Source: Carpediemonas membranifera BICM (Eukaryota; Protista; Fornicata). Taken from it: a stretch of DNA of 64,000 bases. The DNA is taken from assembly GCA_019828565.1 (NCBI GenBank), contig JAHDYR010000015.1:842986-906985 (forward strand). Reading direction: 5' to 3'. The number at the start of each line of letters is the position of its first letter. Within the stretch, counting starts at the first letter, position 1. Positions 28,873 through 40,178 of this stretch are shown one piece after another. The notes below the pieces were generated by a model that searched no databases, was not told the DNA's origin, and saw nothing but the letters and a program-made list of their open reading frames with translations. A program made the position numbers and the translations under genes.

Positions 28873-31467
28873 ATGATCTCGCGTTTACTGCTGCTATTCG
28901 CGTTAATCGCGAGTGTTTTCGCCACACAATGCCTTCCTGCTGCGGAGGTCACAGCGTTGTACAACTTCTACAGCGCCCTCGGCGGTACGTCCTGGACGTC
29001 TAACAGTGGCTGGTACGCAATGACCAGCGGAGGCAGCTGCCCATGTGACGGCACCATGTACGTCACCGGAGTCTCCTGCACCGGCTCTGACGTCAATGAG
29101 CTGAACCTTCCATCCAATGGTCTTGCTGGCGTCTTCCCCAACCTTTCTGCGCTAACCAAGCTCGAGTACCTCATCCTGGACGGCAACGCTATCACCTGCA
29201 CTGGCTGCCAGTACGCTATGCCAACCAACATGGGAGATTTGGTGGAACTTCAGATTCTGAAGATGAAGAACAACTACCTTGCTGGCGCCCTTCCCCCGAG
29301 CCTTGGAAACTGCCAGCACCTGCAGAAGGTCGACCTGAGCGGCAACCTCATCACCAGTCTGCCCGCCACCTCCACTTGGGCCGACCTAACCGAGCTCATC
29401 CTCAAGGACAACTCCATCACCACGCTCCCCGTCTACTCAGCCTCCACCAAGCTCGATATCCTCGACGTGTCCAACAACAAGCTCACTGCTCTCGACGACG
29501 GCTGGTTTACTGACGTCACGTCGATCACGGAGCTCGAACTCGGCGGTAACGCACTCACCAGGGTGCCCACGAGCATCACCAACCTTGTAGACGCGTACAA
29601 GCTCGGCCTGAGCTCGAACAGCCTCACCACCATCCCCCCACTCGCCGCGATGGCCGCCCTCGAGTTCCTCGACGTTTCCCACAACGCACTGACTTCTCTC
29701 CCCGCCCTGCCTGATAGCGTCATCGTAGTAGAGGCCCGCGAGAACAAGATCACTGACGCCTCCGCCCTGAACGGATATAATGCCCTCCAGACTATCGATT
29801 TGAACTCCAACAAGCTCACGACGCTCACGGGAACCCTCCCCGCGTCTATAGGATCGTTCGAGGCCGCTGCAAACGCTATCACCACCGTAGACACTTCCTA
29901 CTTCTCCCAGGCCCGTGGTTTGACCAACATTGACCTCAGCAGCAACGCTCTGACTGATTTCCCGGCCAACCTCTGTGGCAACGGGTGGCAACTGGAGACA
30001 CTTGATCTGTCACATAATTACATTGGTTATGTGGAGGATTTCTCGGGTTGTAAGTATCTTGAGAAGCTGTATCTCCACAACAACAAGATCACGTCGATCC
30101 CCAACGATATTTGGACAGATTTGAAATATGTAACATATCTCGACCTCTCCTACAACAAATTCACCTCCATTCCCGACGAAATCGGCGAGTTGACCGGCCT
30201 AGTCGAGCTTCACCTCGCCAACACACCCGTCAAGACCATCAGCACGCTCATTGGCACCCTCCCCCACCTAGAAACCCTCGATCTCAGCATGACTGCCCTG
30301 ACTTCCGTCCCCGCTGGTGTCAAGAACCTACCCTCGCTATATGAGCTTGACATGTCGTATTCCACCCTCACTGTGGAATCCGACGCCGTGCTTGAGAGCC
30401 TGACCCAGGTGCGGGTGCTTGATATCTCAGGGAACCCGTTTACTGGCGGCTATCCTGATCTGAGCAACCTTCCAAGACTCAAGACGCTGAAGTCACGTTA
30501 CTGCAACAATGCTGGGGTCACACTCGAGGAACTTATGGACAAGGTCCCCGGACTCCTCTCCACCCTGGATCTAGCCTGGAACGACCTCGAGGGCGCCATC
30601 CCCAGTGCCGTAGCCAACCTCGTCAAGGCTGGAATCCTCAAATCCGTCGATCTCTCCAACAACAAGCTCACTGGCTGGATCCCCGAAGCGCTCAACCTCC
30701 CCCAGGGATCCAGACCCGCCCTCGACCTCTCAGGCAACAAGTTCTTCTGTCCTGTACCATCCTGGGCAGCATGGACGGGCGCCTCGTCCGCTACATGCAT
30801 CACTGTGAAGTTTGACCGAGTCACAGTCACTGACGTCCCCACGGTCAGAAGCCCGGGCATACTCACTGTCCATGGCTCATTCACACCGGCCTCACTGTAC
30901 CAGTGCGCTTTCTACAACGAGGCGAGTGGCGCTTGGAGGTACACTGACGCGGAATACAAGGACTCGACCACTGTGAAGTGTGTCACCCCGGTTCACACGG
31001 AGACGGAGCCCCTCTCTGCCGGAAAGTACAAACTTGAAGTCACTTTCGACTCTGAGCCGATTTCCGGAGATCCGGTAGAAGTGACCATCCTTGACCCATG
31101 CTCGGTCTCGACCTCTTGCGGCCAATGCACCAAGGACGCCTACTGTTTGTGGTCGAGCTCTGCCCACATGTGCTCGGATGAGCTGTTCGCGTCCACCCAG
31201 GATGGCTGGTCGCGTACGTGTGCTGCGAAGCGCGGTGCAGCTGTGGTGACCTTCGCTTACCACTGGGCCTGGATGGGCCTTCTTTTCGTCATCCTCGTAC
31301 TTGTGTTTGCCTGTATCAGCACTATCTTCCTATGGAAGTTCGGCCCCCGTACATGGTGGGGTAGAGGAAAGCGTGCGGCCCCGGGTGTCGTCATCGTCAA
31401 CTCCGCGGAGGGACCGTCTGAGAGAACGGGGCTGCTGGTCGACACGGATGAGAATGCGCTATTGTAA
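28873..31467 (+). CDS. LRR receptor-like type I membrane protein
   Basis: Signal peptide, Cys cap, about 20 LxxLxLxxN repeats, IPT/TIG-like and PSI-like (CGQC..YCLW) domains, TM helix, short tail with dileucine motifs. Confidence 0.9.
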   Translation: MISRLLLLFALIASVFATQCLPAAEVTALYNFYSALGGTSWTSNSGWYAMTSGGSCPCDGTMYVTGVSCTGSDVNELNLPSNGLAGVFPNLSALTKLEYLILDGNAITCTGCQYAMPTNMGDLVELQILKMKNNYLAGALPPSLGNCQHLQKVDLSGNLITSLPATSTWADLTELILKDNSITTLPVYSASTKLDILDVSNNKLTALDDGWFTDVTSITELELGGNALTRVPTSITNLVDAYKLGLSSNSLTTIPPLAAMAALEFLDVSHNALTSLPALPDSVIVVEARENKITDASALNGYNALQTIDLNSNKLTTLTGTLPASIGSFEAAANAITTVDTSYFSQARGLTNIDLSSNALTDFPANLCGNGWQLETLDLSHNYIGYVEDFSGCKYLEKLYLHNNKITSIPNDIWTDLKYVTYLDLSYNKFTSIPDEIGELTGLVELHLANTPVKTISTLIGTLPHLETLDLSMTALTSVPAGVKNLPSLYELDMSYSTLTVESDAVLESLTQVRVLDISGNPFTGGYPDLSNLPRLKTLKSRYCNNAGVTLEELMDKVPGLLSTLDLAWNDLEGAIPSAVANLVKAGILKSVDLSNNKLTGWIPEALNLPQGSRPALDLSGNKFFCPVPSWAAWTGASSATCITVKFDRVTVTDVPTVRSPGILTVHGSFTPASLYQCAFYNEASGAWRYTDAEYKDSTTVKCVTPVHTETEPLSAGKYKLEVTFDSEPISGDPVEVTILDPCSVSTSCGQCTKDAYCLWSSSAHMCSDELFASTQDGWSRTCAAKRGAAVVTFAYHWAWMGLLFVILVLVFACISTIFLWKFGPRTWWGRGKRAAPGVVIVNSAEGPSERTGLLVDTDENALL

Positions 31468-31537
31468 ATATCATGTGTTGCCGTAATGTATACGGGAATG
31501 GCTTGATTTGAGGCGATTTCCTGAGGATTCCGTAGTT

Positions 31538-31567
31538 TGAAGTATCATAGAGTGCACAGTGCAAGCA
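31538..31567 (+). repeat. 30-bp direct repeat (putative TSD) at the 3' end of Fanzor element 2
   Basis: TGAAGTATCATAGAGTGCACAGTGCAAGCA, identical to 33964-33993. Confidence 0.92.
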
Positions 31568-31640
31568 CTGCGTCTCTCCACTTCAATTAGCTTGCCCGGA
31601 GGCGAAGATTAGCGGCTGGTTAGCCGTAATTGGTGTATTG
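31538..31640 (-). ncRNA. Candidate omegaRNA 3' scaffold plus guide of element 2 (boundaries approximate)
   Basis: Hairpins 31608-31630 and 31591-31607 (cUCCGg) covary with element 1. Confidence 0.55.
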
Positions 31641-33963
31641 GGGTTATAGTTGGGAAGACGGGCTGGAGGTCTTGGATTTCTGAAAGCACTGGCTTGATAC
31701 TGTGCATCCGTCATGAGGCCGCAATCCAAGATGTTCTGTGCAGCAGTCTTGTCTCTGTGGGAGAGATTGAGCCAAGTGGTGGTAGTAGGATCGGAATTGA
31801 GGCGTTGCTGTCTGTACCAAGGAGCACCTTGACAATTCGGGTTGTGGCATCGCATCGTGCGCCTCGTGTAGCGAGTTCTACGGAACCTCGCGCGGCAGAA
31901 GGGGCAGACGAGTGAGGTTGTTCGGAACTCGTTAGTCATCCGCACTTCAGCAGTGATGTTGAAAGCTCTCCTGATGTGTGGTAGTAAGATAGCAAAGCGA
32001 CCATACGGCGCGCATGGATGCACCCGACGGGGCGCCTTGAATCTAGCGCTTCCGTAGAAGACAACCAGCCTGGTGGGGGCTGCCCGGGGAGGGGCAATAC
32101 TGCGAGGGAGTCGCCGAGGAGTCCATCCTAGGGTGCGAGCAAGCTGCTCCCCAGCTCTATGGAAGTGCTTTTGACGCAAGATGTGGTTCGTCAGGCGCAC
32201 TCTGCGGAAGCTCTTGACCATCCCAGCGTCGAATATTTCCTGCTCGTGGAGGAGCACAAACCTAACCGAGTTTTGTAGACTATCTAGATTTGTACTTTTG
32301 AATGACGCAGGAGTCATATCGAACGCGAAGCTGGGGGTCTTGGTGTACCCACACTTCGGGACCACACCGGAGCTGGTGGTGCCATCTGGGTGGCGGATGA
32401 AGAATCCACCCAGAGCCCGAGCACCCGGGTCGAAACCCATGAGGTGGGCATCGGGGTCTGGCGCGGGGCGAGCATCTGCGTCATCCACACCCAGACGCTC
32501 CCGAGCCTTTCGCTTCATCGTCGGGTTGCCACTGGCACGTCTGCTGACGTATGGCAGAGCACCAACTTGGACCGTGAGGTCCACGGCGACCCCATCTGTC
32601 TTGACAGACAGCACCCGACGGATGTTCGGAGGAAGAGCCTACAGCTGCTCTCGCGTCATGCGCTCAGTGGCGTGATGCTCCGGGTCGACCCCAAATTGGG
32701 CAAGCCAAGCCGGGTTCAGCACGTTGAGAGAACAGGGAACGTGCATGAACCCGGGGCGGACCGGAGCCATCGGGACAAGCGGAACAAGCTTGGGGCCAGC
32801 CAGCGGCTTGTCACCCGGAGGAGGTGGATGGGCGGTGTTGAATGCCGCAACCATATCCGTGAGCTCTCCCAGAGCCGCGGAGATCCGCCAGACGCAGGGC
32901 AGCGTGAGTAGAACGCCCTCGTCGACTCGTCCCGGAGTTGAGATCTTTGCAAGGTGCTCATCAACGATCGCCTTGATAGCGCGTTGTTCGGTGCGCAACC
33001 GGGTGATGTCGTCCCGGGGCACGTCTGGATCACGCTGAGTCAGGGCAGTGTCGACCCGAGTGATGATCTTCGCCAGGCGCCAGCAGTAACCTTCAAGGGC
33101 CTTGACGAGCCACAGCTTGGTGCTCGTGGCATATTCGCCCAGCCACACGTCGAAATCGCCAGGGCACTGTTGACGAGCTGCCCTGAAGGCGGTGCAGAGG
33201 CGGATGATGAACTCGTCATGCCACAGTGGCATCTCGGCTATTGAGGTGACAACCTGCCGAACTGCGGCGTATTTTTTCGCGCCCAGGAAGCGGTCGACGA
33301 GTGAGTCGGCGGCGAGGTTTCGGTACTCTCCACTTCGTCGGTAGGCGACGATAACGATGGCCTGGTGCAGAGCCTGGTCATGCACGGGCAAGGAGAGATT
33401 GGCGGGGTGGCAACACGCGGCGATGTATGACAGAATGCAAGTGTGAAAGTACTTGGCCTTCGTGAACGAGCAGAGCTTGTTCTCCAATCCGGCGTAGAAG
33501 TCCGCGATGAAAGGAATCACGTTTCTACGGTTATGGAGAATGGAGGATATGGAGAACTTGACCGTATAGATGCTGGTCATGTGAAGCTCTGCGTTTTGCG
33601 GTGAATGAACCGATCACTTGTGTGTACAACACACATCAAAGACGACAGACGTTTAATGAACGAGACTATGCAGTGATAATGGCGAGAATTAGAAGAACTG
33701 AAGTGTTTTATCTTCAGGCAGCGGCATAGAAGAGCCCGCTGTGCGATGGAAGGCCATGGTGATGATTGCAAAAACGTCATGATCAAGACCCCGAAATCCG
33801 ACAAGCAGAAGAGAGCGGATGGAAGTAAGATGGGGTAGACGATAGGTGGGAAGCTAGTTGCTTTGCGAGAGGACTGGAGAAGCACTGATTGATGACCCCC
33901 GATGATGACTGACTATCGAAATATCACTCTCAAGAAGAAGGAAGGGAGAGCGGGAAGGGGTAA
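31568..33963 (-). mobile_element. Fanzor element 2 (2.4 kb, apparently full length, no transposase)
   Basis: Bounded by 30-bp direct repeats; single ORF plus 383-nt 5' leader. Confidence 0.82.
31583..33580 (-). pseudogene. Full-length (665-codon) Fanzor1-type RuvC endonuclease with one in-frame TAG at 32639-32641
   Basis: Track ORFs 32639-33580 and 31583-32614 are in the same frame (REQL*ALPPNIRRVLSVKTDG). Motifs FDPG, VFYGS, NEFRTT, CPFC..CHNPNC, HRDKTAAQNI. Confidence 0.88.
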
Positions 33964-33993
33964 TGAAGTATCATAGAGTGCACAGTGCAAGCA
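33964..33993 (+). repeat. 30-bp direct repeat at the 5' end of Fanzor element 2
   Basis: Identical to 31538-31567. Confidence 0.92.
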
Positions 33994-34222
33994 GTAAAAC
34001 AGACTCTCAATTGTCTATACAGACTTCATAGTTTGAAAGTGCAGGATTGTGCAACACGATTAGCGGTTCGAGAACATGGCTATTAAGACGCCCGTGGAAG
34101 TTTTTCACGGGGGACATGGGAAAAATACACGACATGGGCATTTTCACAGCTCGCGAAAGCATTTTATTCAAAGCCTCACATACTGGAGACAGGTTTGTTC
34201 CTAGGAGTCAACATGCGTCCTT

Positions 34223-35732
34223 ATGCAGTCTATGCGAGAGATCACTGGATCCTGGGAAGACGATGAGTCCCGTGTGCGCTACATGAAGTCTCTTTTCGCC
34301 ATAGCTGACCAAGACGGCACCAAGAAGATCAAGTTTGAAGAGCTTAACGGTTCGCATTCTCCCAGGCACTCACTCAGACATCCTCGCGTTCTTCGCCAAG
34401 GAGGGCTTCGACCCCTCCTCCTTCGCCTTCAACATCCCGGCCGAGGCGACCCCGGATGACATCGTCCGAGCCGTTATGGACGAATACGACTACGGACGGA
34501 CCGGCTATCTCACGGAGGAAGAGTTCATGGCACTCACAGACACTGTATTGAAGGAATACCAGCTGCATCAGGACTACGCTGGTATTATTAACCGGACCAT
34601 AGGCCCCTATAACATGACTCGGACCTTGGGTTACGGTACCATGGGCATCGTCAAGTTTGCAACCCATAAGGAGACTGGGAAAGCGGTGGCGATTAAGGTT
34701 ATTCGCAGAGCCAACAACTACGTGGACGAAGTAATGATTGACGCTGAGATTGAGGCCCATGAGACAATCACCGGTCATCCTTACATAGTGTCCTTTGTGG
34801 AGGCCCTGGAGACCGACTCCCACGTCTTCTTCATCATGGAACTCTGCGGGGGTGGCTCCGTGCTCGACCATATCCTGCACACACCATTTACTGAAGCGAT
34901 TACACGGTTTTATTTAAGACAAGTAGCAGAAGGTCTCGTGCACATGCACGAGTGCGGGGTGGCTCATAGAGACCTCAGGCTCGAGAACGTGCTCCTCGAC
35001 AATGAGGGAAACGTCAAGATCTGCGACTTTGGGCATGCCCTCATCTTCAACGATGGCTGGGACGCTTTCACCTCACAAACACGGGCAGGGTCACTGTTCT
35101 CCCAGGCACCCGAGCAGATTGGCCGCAACCCCTGCAGTGGCCGGGCGGTTGACGTCTGGTCGCTTGGGGTGGTGATGCACTGCCTTTTGTTGAACAGAAG
35201 ACCGTTTGTTGAAGAAGGAATGGACCAGATGCGGCAGCTCAAGGCGATAGCCAACGCTGAGCTCAGCCTTCCTGAAGACATCAACCCAGACGCCGCCGAC
35301 CTGCTTCGTCAGCTCCTGGCTAAGGATCCGAAGGCCCGGCCGACAGTCTCTGAGGCCCTAGAGCACCCCTGGTTCGACGGACCTGTCCATAAGCCAGCTA
35401 TCGCCTTCACCGAGCTCGATATGACCGATATCCCAGGTCACACGTGGGATGAAGACATCGCGGGCACGTGGAAGACGATGCTTGACGTGCTGGGGACGTT
35501 CCCGCTCGATATAAGCACCCCACCCGAGCCTCTGTGCGATATGCACGTCCGTCTGGTCCATAGAGAGAACGGTGTCCATCTAGGGTTGACATTCATGCCA
35601 GACGAAGAGGGGGACATGACCTTTGGGTTTTATTTATGGCGGGGTGAATGTTGGCAGTTTCAGCGGGTTAGCAAGAGAATTATTACCAACTTTCTCGACT
35701 GGGTGATGAAGAACGGCAATCGAGAAAGTTGA
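34223..35732 (+). CDS. CAMK-group kinase with N-terminal EF-hand pair; 28-nt intron 34350-34377
   Basis: DQDGTKKIKFEE and DYGRTGYLTEEE EF loops; GYGTMG, VAIK, HRDLRLEN, DFG, APE. Confidence 0.9.
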
Positions 35733-36132
35733 GTTTAGGCGTGTGGGAAGGCGATTGTGACGGTGATAGTAAACACGATAGCAGGCATCGAATGATACAT
35801 ATGGAATATGTAACTCGGATAACCGTGGTATCGTGAGTTACCAAGGCGGAGTTGAACTGTCTATAAACTGCACTGACTTTGATCATCACAACAGCAAGGA
35901 AGTGTAAGCGTACCGGTTGACCATGCGTTCCGTGGCTGTGGATTGACTAAGGAGATAACTCTTCATCTGAGCAAAATAGCAACTTGGGCAATCAGCAGAC
36001 CATGATGCTACGGATCTGATTTTTGCGGGTTACTCAGCCGAGAGAAGACACCACTGCTCTGCGACAAGTTTATCGTCGGCCCAGGACCGGGCAGAGTCGA
36101 CTCACATGCAGTGACTGGGGGATGAATCTCGT

Positions 36133-37932
36133 TTACTGCTCGACCCACGGGTCGACGTCGACTGGAATCAACTCACAATACACATTTGGGAGACGGTTTG
36201 GTCTGCACTTAACCGTCTTAGCCACCCCATCTGACACAATCTTCACCTCAAACCATTGGCCGGCGGTGTCACGGAATTGATTGACTCTTCTTGCACGCAC
36301 ATATCTTGAGCTAAATGCTGTGGCCTCAAAGGGCACACAGCACTGGTATTCTTCATTTTGTAGGTTAGTCTGGCCCTCGGAGACCCAGGCGAGAGCAGAT
36401 ATACGACAATATTCCTTCTTGACGTGGACGTGACCCACGAAATAATAGAACCCCTTGACTCTCTCTGGGAAGCGGAGCGGGGTGGGTGTGAGGCACTTGT
36501 CGCCCTTACTGTATCCGGGTAGCAGGCCCGACTGGGCGATATGAGCGGGAACATAGCCGGCAAACAGCATCTTTCGGTCGCAAAGGAAGATATTATTGCA
36601 ACCCTCCGTTCTCAGGATACGGTCGACCCCGAATGGCAGGTCGACGAAGCCATTCATATAATTGTTTTGATGCCCGAGTCCCAGCTGGCCACAAGAGTTG
36701 TTCCCACTGATCACCTGCCGATCGCCCTTGAGAGGATGACAGTCGCTCTGAAATCACCCACATGCATGATGTGATCTGGGACAAAGCCAGTAGGCACGGC
36801 GACTGGGTGGAAGAGATGGCTGTTCTCCTCGACTGGGCCGACGAATCGCGCTGGCGTCGCACCAGCCATGACAGTGCCGACTGGGGTGAGTATGAACGTC
36901 TGATCTCCCTTCCTCGACACATCAGTCGCCATCCTGTGCTTCTCCCAGGCGGGCAGGCTCGCCTCGAGCTCGGCGATCTTGGGGCAGGCGGGGAAGGTGA
37001 GGCGGGTCGGGTCGACGAACTCATATGACCTGAACCCCAGCTCATCATATCGGCTAGTTCCCCAGCCCCAAAGGCCCTTGGGCGTCCTGGCAATGTGTGC
37101 GATTCCGCTGCTGTAGACCTCGAGGGCCCTGGGCATCCTGGCCCTGGTGAGGGCGGTGTGGTGGTCAGTGTCGAGCATGAAGAGTCGGCCCATGTACATG
37201 CGGTGGTGGTAGCATCTTACTCGCGGAGAGTAGTGATAGCACTCGCCGTCCTTCTCGGCGACGTTCATCGTAAAGAAGAACTTGCGGCAGAGGAACCAGA
37301 GGCATTTTCCTTCGGGCGTTAGAGCGTTGCGGATCTTGTCGTGCATCTCGGACCCATGAGGCTGCTTCGCTCTAGCCTCCTCCAGCACCCTGTCCTCGAG
37401 GTCGGGGTTGGCCCAGCCACCAACCAGACACGCCCACACCGCGCCCTGGTTGAGTGTGAAGAGGCAGGGTGGGAGGTCCTCGCCATCCGCGAGCTCGATG
37501 GACAGCGGGGGGTTGTGAGAGAGTATCGCGATAACCCGGTTGACAAAGGTGATGGTGGAGGTTGAGGGACAAGAACGTGTTAATCGCCTCATTGGTTGTG
37601 GCTTGGTTGGCATCGCCGCCTTCGTCCGGGATTTCCTCGCCGAACTCGTGAGTGAAGGCCTCTCGCATGAGAGTGGGAATGTCACCTGGCAGATCCACAT
37701 ATTCGCGCAAACTGATGGAATGCAAGCTAATCATTGCATCACGCTAGACGTCTCTGCCACTCTTGGGCGTCGAAGACCGCATGGCGGCGAGGCGAGCGCG
37801 AGAAGCATCCATCCAGGCGAGGCGGGTATCGATATCCTCGTCAGGAAGCTCCATTCCGTTCAGCTTAGCAATTTCGGTATCAACATTGCTAATACATGCG
37901 TCCAGCGGCTGAAGAGTATCGTGAACTGCCAT
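36133..37932 (-). pseudogene. RCC1-like family member, disrupted (in-frame TAG at 37744, frameshifts near 37570 and 36730)
   Basis: Four consecutive ORF pieces; KCLWFLCRKFFF, GLWGWG, GNNSCGQLGLG. Confidence 0.75.
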
Positions 37933-38254
37933 CGTTTCAAAAACGAGTCGATCGCCCGACTCGACTCGACTTGACTTGGACCTTGACAACATTCCTGCAG
38001 CGTCTGCAATTCCTCATTAAATCTATGTTTGTACAGCTTGAGCGTGGGATGGCCGTCGCCGTGTGCCTGGACCCGCGTCAGGCTGAAGCTGCAAGCACAA
38101 GAACGTTTAATAATCTTCTCGATTTAGGCAGACACGCATTAACACGTAAAGCATTGGAATGGGATGGCCGTCGCCGTGGGACGGGACTTGTCCATGCAAC
38201 AGGACGAAGACTGCAACGGCAGTACATGAGCACAAGCAAACATGAATAACAAGA

Positions 38255-39196
38255 CTAGAAGACGTCTGTCACTCGCTTGACTCTCCTCCGGGTCTGCTTC
38301 ACTGCCCCCGTCTCCGCAATGTGCGCCTTAAGCACCTCTTTCGTGACGGCATTTCCCGCCTCTTCCAGTGCCTCCACGGGTGCTTCGAGCGCCTTGGTCG
38401 GCATGGCGGCCATGATGTCCGCCCTGAGCTCTTCGGCCGCGTTCTGCTCGTGAATGGGAGTCTTCTTGCTCGGCTCGATGGCGAATCTTATCTGAAGAAC
38501 CTCAGACCCTCCAACGTTGTTGCCTGTCAGCGCCTCCTTCGCAAACTCAGCCTGGGCGCGGGTCTTGTACTCTATAAAAGCCACATTCATGGATGAAATG
38601 TAATTAAACTGCACAAATTGTCCGAACAAACCAAAATGGTATCTCAGTCGCTTGTCCAGCCCCGGCTCATGCGAGGGTAGGTTCGACACGCGGAGGGTGC
38701 GACACTCCTTCAGTCTGGCAGCAGAAGAGGGGTTCCATCCGAACCTGGGCCGGCCGAAGCAATCCTTCGTTTCAGGAATGTGGCGCTGGTGATGCGTCTC
38801 GGGGATGCGATGAAGGTACTCGCATGCCTCGCCGCGCCAGCACTGGCCGCGGGCAAAGAACACACAGAAGCGGATGGGCGGGCGGAGCTTGTCACCCTGG
38901 GTTCGGCCTACGTCGCGGGCGGGGTCACAGCGGAACACGTTCTTCACCACAGCGTCCTTCTCCTTGTCTAAGCCCGGCCTTGAGTGATACCAGATGTTGT
39001 ATAAGCCCTCATACGCCTCGGCTTCGAGATCAGGGCGCTTGATCTTCAGTATTTCCTTGCTAATCTGAGGGCGGGCTGGTTTTTCCACTTGCGAAGAGAA
39101 TTGACGCTCAAACATGGCATATTTCTCTTTCGTAAGAGTTACAGCCTCTGCCTCAGTTTCAACGGCTGGAGTCTCTTTCAATGCAGTATCTGCCAT
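38255..39196 (-). CDS. CWC2: Pre-mRNA splicing factor Cwc2 (Torus/CCCH zinc finger plus RRM)
   Basis: YNIWY, FRCDPARDVGRTQGD, FCVFFARGQCWRGEACEYLHRIP, DCFGR, AEFAKEAL. Confidence 0.92.
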   Translation of the reverse strand: MADTALKETPAVETEAEAVTLTKEKYAMFERQFSSQVEKPARPQISKEILKIKRPDLEAEAYEGLYNIWYHSRPGLDKEKDAVVKNVFRCDPARDVGRTQGDKLRPPIRFCVFFARGQCWRGEACEYLHRIPETHHQRHIPETKDCFGRPRFGWNPSSAARLKECRTLRVSNLPSHEPGLDKRLRYHFGLFGQFVQFNYISSMNVAFIEYKTRAQAEFAKEALTGNNVGGSEVLQIRFAIEPSKKTPIHEQNAAEELRADIMAAMPTKALEAPVEALEEAGNAVTKEVLKAHIAETGAVKQTRRRVKRVTDVF

Positions 39197-39349
39197 GCTC
39201 GCTGTAGTAGTCGACCCAACCCCGAGTCGTTCCTGAAAAGAGGAAAAGGACGACGCCGGGCGATGTATTGAGGCAATTTCAGCCTTTACTAGACACGGTT
39301 GCCGCGGAATGAGCTGAGATGGTGATTAAATCAAACGGAAAACGACAAG

Positions 39350-39855
39350 ATGGATAAGAAAACACTTGGTGAGAGGATTAGCCGCGTTTCAGAGACAGCT
39401 ATTGGCGGTATGTCTATGGTTGCACTGCTCAATGAGTTTGATACCCTATTTGCTGATTCTGGTTTGTCTTTTTCCCATCATCTCACGCATATGACAAGAT
39501 AGCTCTCTGTGAAGGCTTATTGACCGCCATTTCAGAAGTTCAATCAGACGTATGCTACATTCCCTACTCTATTTATCACACAGCTTGCTGAATCGCTGAA
39601 CAAGTTTGACGAAACCTCCATACAACAGCAAGTCCTCCCCCAGCAAGCTCACACAGGATCTTTAGTGCCGTCAAGATGATCGAACGCGATGTAACCAAGA
39701 CCAGTGAGCAGGTTTCCACCATCAATGACAGCATTGCTGGAGCAGGCCGGGACCTCTCGTACACGACTGACCTGAGGGAGGCACAGACCATGGCAGCTAA
39801 CCTGGACAAGGCCGTGGATCTGCTGGGGAAGAAGATGGTCGGCGGACAGCGCTGA
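39350..39855 (+). CDS. Small multi-intron helical protein (about 128 aa), absent from ORF track
   Basis: Introns 39408-39434, 39462-39490, 39550-39583 and 39628-39656 (GC-AG) give an uninterrupted 129-codon frame MDKKTLGERIS...GGQR*. Confidence 0.55.
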
Positions 39856-40178
39856 GTGCTTATATGAGCAGTCATTTGTCATTATCTGGTAAGCCTTGTA
39901 GCACCGTAAAGGGGCTCCGTTTGAACCGTTCCGTTTGTAGACCAGCATAAATGTCTCAGCTCGTCCCATTTACATAGATTACATGGTAGGCTTCAGCCTG
40001 TTACAGCCTGACCCACCTCCCTCCATCGGATGGACTGTGTGGCGTGGCATCATCTACTGATCACCAGTGCAGCGAGGCCAGGGTCTGCATCATGGTCATG
40101 TCTTGTGGCTTCGCAGCTTGCGTCTGCGGTCGGCGAGTCGTCTGAAAGATCCAAACTGTGAAGTGATCGCTGAAACGA

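Noticed and set aside
32639-32641. In-frame TAGs (Fanzor 2; RCC1-like gene at 37744) as evidence of TAG=Gln reassignment like hexamitid diplomonads
   Set aside because: Glucosidase II beta ends HDEL-TAG and other genes end in TAG/TAA, so the standard code applies. Treated as nonsense mutations or errors.
9774-33993. Fanzor flanking repeats as a CRISPR array or LTRs
   Set aside because: Only two copies each, kilobases apart, and different between the elements.
38045-38178. 19-bp direct repeat TGGGATGGCCGTCGCCGTG, 115 bp apart
   Set aside because: Looks like a degenerate local tandem duplication with no coding or mobile-element hallmark.
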